Source: Fistulifera solaris (Eukaryota). From it: 64,000 nucleotides of DNA. Numbering within the stretch: position 1 is the first letter of the stretch; each line of letters starts with the position of its first letter. Shown here piece by piece: positions 60,569 to 64,000 of this stretch. The position numbers were made by a program, and so were the translations under genes. Below the pieces are notes generated by a model. The model was not told the origin of the DNA. It saw only the letters and a list, made by a program, of their open reading frames with translations, and did no database searches. Location: assembly GCA_030295235.1 (NCBI GenBank), contig AP026162.1, positions 496,001 to 560,000 of the forward strand, in the 5' to 3' direction.

Positions 60569-61630
60569 ATGATAAATCTGATTGTCGGAGGCATTCTATC
60601 TCTTCCGGGCTTGTTGCTTCATGTCGTCACTGCCCCCGTCATTGCTTTGCTTTCGGCTCCTGCCATGATCTTTCTGGTATACAGTAAACCGAAACAGGCA
60701 AAGAAAGCATTATCCACTGATCCTTCTTTGAAACGGGTGATTGTAACGGGAGGAAGTAGCGGAATTGGCAAAAGCATTGCTGTCGCAGCCGCAAAGCAAG
60801 GCATCGCGGAAGTTGTCATCATTGCCCGAAACAAGGAACGTCTCGAAGAAGCGAAAAAAGAAATTACGCAAGCAAATTCATCAATCGTCGTTAAAGCTCT
60901 CTCGGTGGATGTCGAAAGACCCGAGTCTCTTGCTGAAGCAGCCAAAGAAATTTTCACAAAAGACCCAACGCCACCGAAAACCACGCATTTGTTTTGTTGT
61001 GCCGGAGCCGCGTACCCACAGTACTTTCAGGACATTCCCCCGGAAGAATTTTCAAAAGCCGTTCACACCAATCAACTGGGAAGCATCTTTACAGCGCAAG
61101 CGTTCGTACCACTCATGACCAGCGGATCCGTCACATTTTGCAGCAGTGGGGCGGGACAGATTGGTGTGTTTGGATTGGCGTCGTATTCTCCCACCAAGTT
61201 TGCGTTGCGAGGATACGCTGAGTGTCTACATATTGAGCTTTGCGAAAGTCCTATCTATGTACAAGTTGCTTATCCTCCCGATACGGATACACCTGGTTTT
61301 GCGGAAGAAAACAAAACGAAACCGTACGAAACGAAGAAAATATCCGAAATGGCTGGACTCGCCAAGCCAGAGGATATCGGAGGGAGCATGTTGAAGGAAG
61401 CTTTGAAGGAAAATCCTCCATTCAATGTGTATTTTGGACTGGAAGGGTGGCTTGTAACGACTCTCACTTGCGGATTCCAGCCGGTCTCCACGGTGCTGGA
61501 TGCCATGGCACAAGTTTCCGTCATGTCAGTCACCCGTTGGATTTCTCTCTTCGTTCTCAATGATTGGTACAACATGATCCGAACGTACAAGCGTGGTAAG
61601 GCGAATAATGTATCAAGCAAACACGACTGA
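60569..61630 (+). CDS. KDSR: 3-ketodihydrosphingosine reductase (SDR)
   Basis: N-terminal TM with VTGGSSGIG, YSPTKFALRG and YPPDTDTPGFAEENKTKP. Confidence 0.88.
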   Translation: MINLIVGGILSLPGLLLHVVTAPVIALLSAPAMIFLVYSKPKQAKKALSTDPSLKRVIVTGGSSGIGKSIAVAAAKQGIAEVVIIARNKERLEEAKKEITQANSSIVVKALSVDVERPESLAEAAKEIFTKDPTPPKTTHLFCCAGAAYPQYFQDIPPEEFSKAVHTNQLGSIFTAQAFVPLMTSGSVTFCSSGAGQIGVFGLASYSPTKFALRGYAECLHIELCESPIYVQVAYPPDTDTPGFAEENKTKPYETKKISEMAGLAKPEDIGGSMLKEALKENPPFNVYFGLEGWLVTTLTCGFQPVSTVLDAMAQVSVMSVTRWISLFVLNDWYNMIRTYKRGKANNVSSKHD

Positions 61631-61783
61631 GCGCGTTGCTTCTTCAGCTGGTAACAGTACCTTATCAACATGAAAAAGTAAAGTTAACAATCTTTTGTAA
61701 TACCGCAATCAAGGCGCCTACAAAGATGGCTTACTGTGTACACATATTACGCTTTTCGCTACATACTGCTTGCTATGCGTTAC

Positions 61784-62951
61784 TTACTTCCGACGTAGCG
61801 CTTGGTGCACCAGAAGTGCCGTGATTGCGACAGCCGTATATAACTGAATCAAACTGCCGTACCACGGAGCCTCGCCCGCTTTCTTTTGTTCTTTTCTGTA
61901 CACCACATCCGGATGATGAAATTGATCGAACAAGCGTACCAGGTTGCGCTCCAGCATGGCCACTGTCACCTTCCCGACCAACGGCACGTAAACAACTCCA
62001 GGAATTTTGAGGAGCGCTTCTTCGTCAACATTTTTAAATGAAGCAACATTGACTACAGTTGCATTCGGTTGAATCCATTCGGTTGGAAGCATGTAGTTTT
62101 TCGTGGGTACACCGGTGATGACGATAGAAGATTGACGGACGCATTCTTCCGGTGTAAGTTCGCATTTGTGCAAACGGCCTCCAGAAAATTTGTAAATCGA
62201 ATTAATGTCAACCGAGTATACCTCTGCTCCGTCGTTGGCTAGCATGGCTGCCAGCGGGCGTCCCACAATCTCGGATCGATTGATGATCGTTACCGTTCTA
62301 CCCTCGAGTTGACGACCTACAGCTTTTGATTCATCGTAGCAGTTTGGGCACTTTTCCAGAATCTTGACAACGGAAAGAGCGGTACACGGCAAAAGGCACT
62401 TTTGTGACTGATTCGGGTAGTCTAAATAACGAACGTTTCGATACAAGTTGGTCCGATACGTGTGACAAAGTCCTTCCACATCACATTTGAAACTAACAGA
62501 ATCGCGGAGGTAGTCATCTTGACTAGCCCCGGAGAAGGATTCTTCTTGTCCGAATATCGGATAATAAACAATAATGCCGTGAACTTTGGGGTCTTCGTTT
62601 GCTTTCATCAGTTCCGCCTCGACATCAATCGCATCGTCCACACATCGTAATTCATATCGAAGACCATCTGACTCACAAGCCTTTCGCGTCCACTCGGCGT
62701 ACTGTTTCGCTGCAGGATCTTTGTTGGCGAGTAGCCCTACTAAAAGCGGTGCATCTAGAAGCAAACGAAGGCTATTTCATGAGTTTTTGATTGCGAGTAG
62801 GAACAGAGAGTGTTTCGTAAGACGTACCGACTCCGTGTGCTTTCAGGGCCTCCACCTTGTCACGAATTTCCTTTCGAAAAGGAGCGGCAACCACACCGGC
62901 GTCTACTTTCACTCCCTTGGAGGGGTCTGCAACAATCACGGGCTTTGACAT
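61784..62951 (-). CDS. MTD1: NAD-dependent monofunctional methylenetetrahydrofolate dehydrogenase (MTD1-like)
   Basis: HGIIVYYPIFG, DVEGL, NVRYLD, LPCT, INRSEIVGRPLAAMLANDGA and GKVTVAMLERNL. Intron 62827-62755. Confidence 0.88.
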
Positions 62952-63109
62952 TCTTTAGCAACTTGGGGAAATCGTTGATATGTTTGTTGTGCTTGTATTT
63001 TCTTTTTCCGAAACGAGGAATAACGCAAAAAAATCGCTTGATGGCCGGGGGCGCGGCGCGATGGCTGACGATGAATGAGCAGACAGACAGGCAGACGACA
63101 CGTTGCCGA

Positions 63110-64000
63110 TACCAGTTCCAGAAATTCTGGACCATAAGCAGCTTTTCTGTGTGAAACTTAATCGCGGACACTAAGGAATTTCTGGAACAAACGCAGATTT
63201 TTTGAGTGACACATAACCACAAATTCCAGAATTTCTGGAACGTGTATTTTTTATAAAAAAAAAGATTCTGGATAAACCAAAACACCGATAAATCGACAGT
63301 TTCTGGATCGCCAATAGGTTCTGAGTTCCGAATTCCGAATTTCTAGAACGTCGATAACCTTAGGAATTCTGTGTGACCGAAAACACCGATGACATTCCAG
63401 AATTTCTAAAACAATCGCAGATTTTCTGTGTGACGCATAACCAAGATGTATAAACCAAAACAGCGATGATTCCAGAATTTCTGGACCGTCCAAAGATTAT
63501 CTGTGTGATTTATAAGCACGGATTTCGAAATATCTGGAAGTCTCACAGAACTTCTGTACGACCCAATACACCGATTCCAGAATTTCTGGAAAATGCACAA
63601 AACCCTTGTCTGACAGAAATTCCTGGAAAGTGCACCAAAGCTCTTATGCGACGTACAGCACCTAATCCAAAATATCTGGAAGTCTCACAGAACTTCTGTA
63701 CGACCCAATACACCGATTCCAGAATTTCTGGAAAATGCACAAAACCCTTGTCTGACAGAAATTCCTGGAAAGTGCACCAAAGCTCTTATGCGACGTACAG
63801 CACCTAATCCAAAATATCTGGAAGTCTCACAGAACTTCTGTACGACCCAATACACCGATTCCAGAATTTCTGGAAAATGCACAAAACCCTTGTCTGACAG
63901 AAAGTCCCGATCCCGAAACTTCTGAAATGTGCACAGAATCTCTGTGTCACCTCAATCACCTGATCGAAAATATCTGGAAGTCTCGCAGAACTTCTGTACG
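63110..64000 (-). repeat. TTCCAGAA palindrome-family satellite with a homogenised 142-bp unit, running off the window
   Basis: TATCTGGAAGTCTC at 63531, 63673, 63815 (period 142) and 63971. The palindrome occurs at 63116, 63224, 63470, 63575, 63717 and 63859. Confidence 0.95.

Noticed and set aside
63110..64000. CRISPR-like array of palindromic repeats
   Set aside because: The spacers are homologous or identical to each other, the context is eukaryotic and no cas genes are present.

Overview
Gene-dense eukaryotic nuclear DNA from a diatom-like stramenopile. The evidence is short GT-AG introns, bipartite plastid presequences (ASAFAP-type), an Lhcr-type fucoxanthin-chlorophyll protein and a GH161-type beta-1,3-glucan phosphorylase; the species cannot be determined here. 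About 33 protein-coding genes are supported, mostly housekeeping (RPS24, RPSA, H2A.Z, TAF12, PUM3, RIO2, ATP synthase gamma, PCH2, KDSR, MTD1). About 20 single-base frameshifts fall almost all in homopolymer runs and are best explained as sequencing or assembly errors. The most interesting signal is intergenic: (1) a 192-bp non-autonomous Helitron-like element; (2) a hAT-type MITE with a perfect 8-bp TSD; (3) a 1.28-kb TIR element nested in a ~200-bp tandem array; (4) a two-copy fold-back element family; (5) a dispersed satellite family built on the palindrome TTCCAGAA-N-TTCTGGAA, with locus-specific higher-order periods; (6) a recurrent candidate promoter motif AGTCAYGA 150-300 bp upstream of many start codons. 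No tRNA, rRNA, CRISPR array or autonomous transposase gene was recognised. All family assignments come from motif recognition by eye, not database searches.
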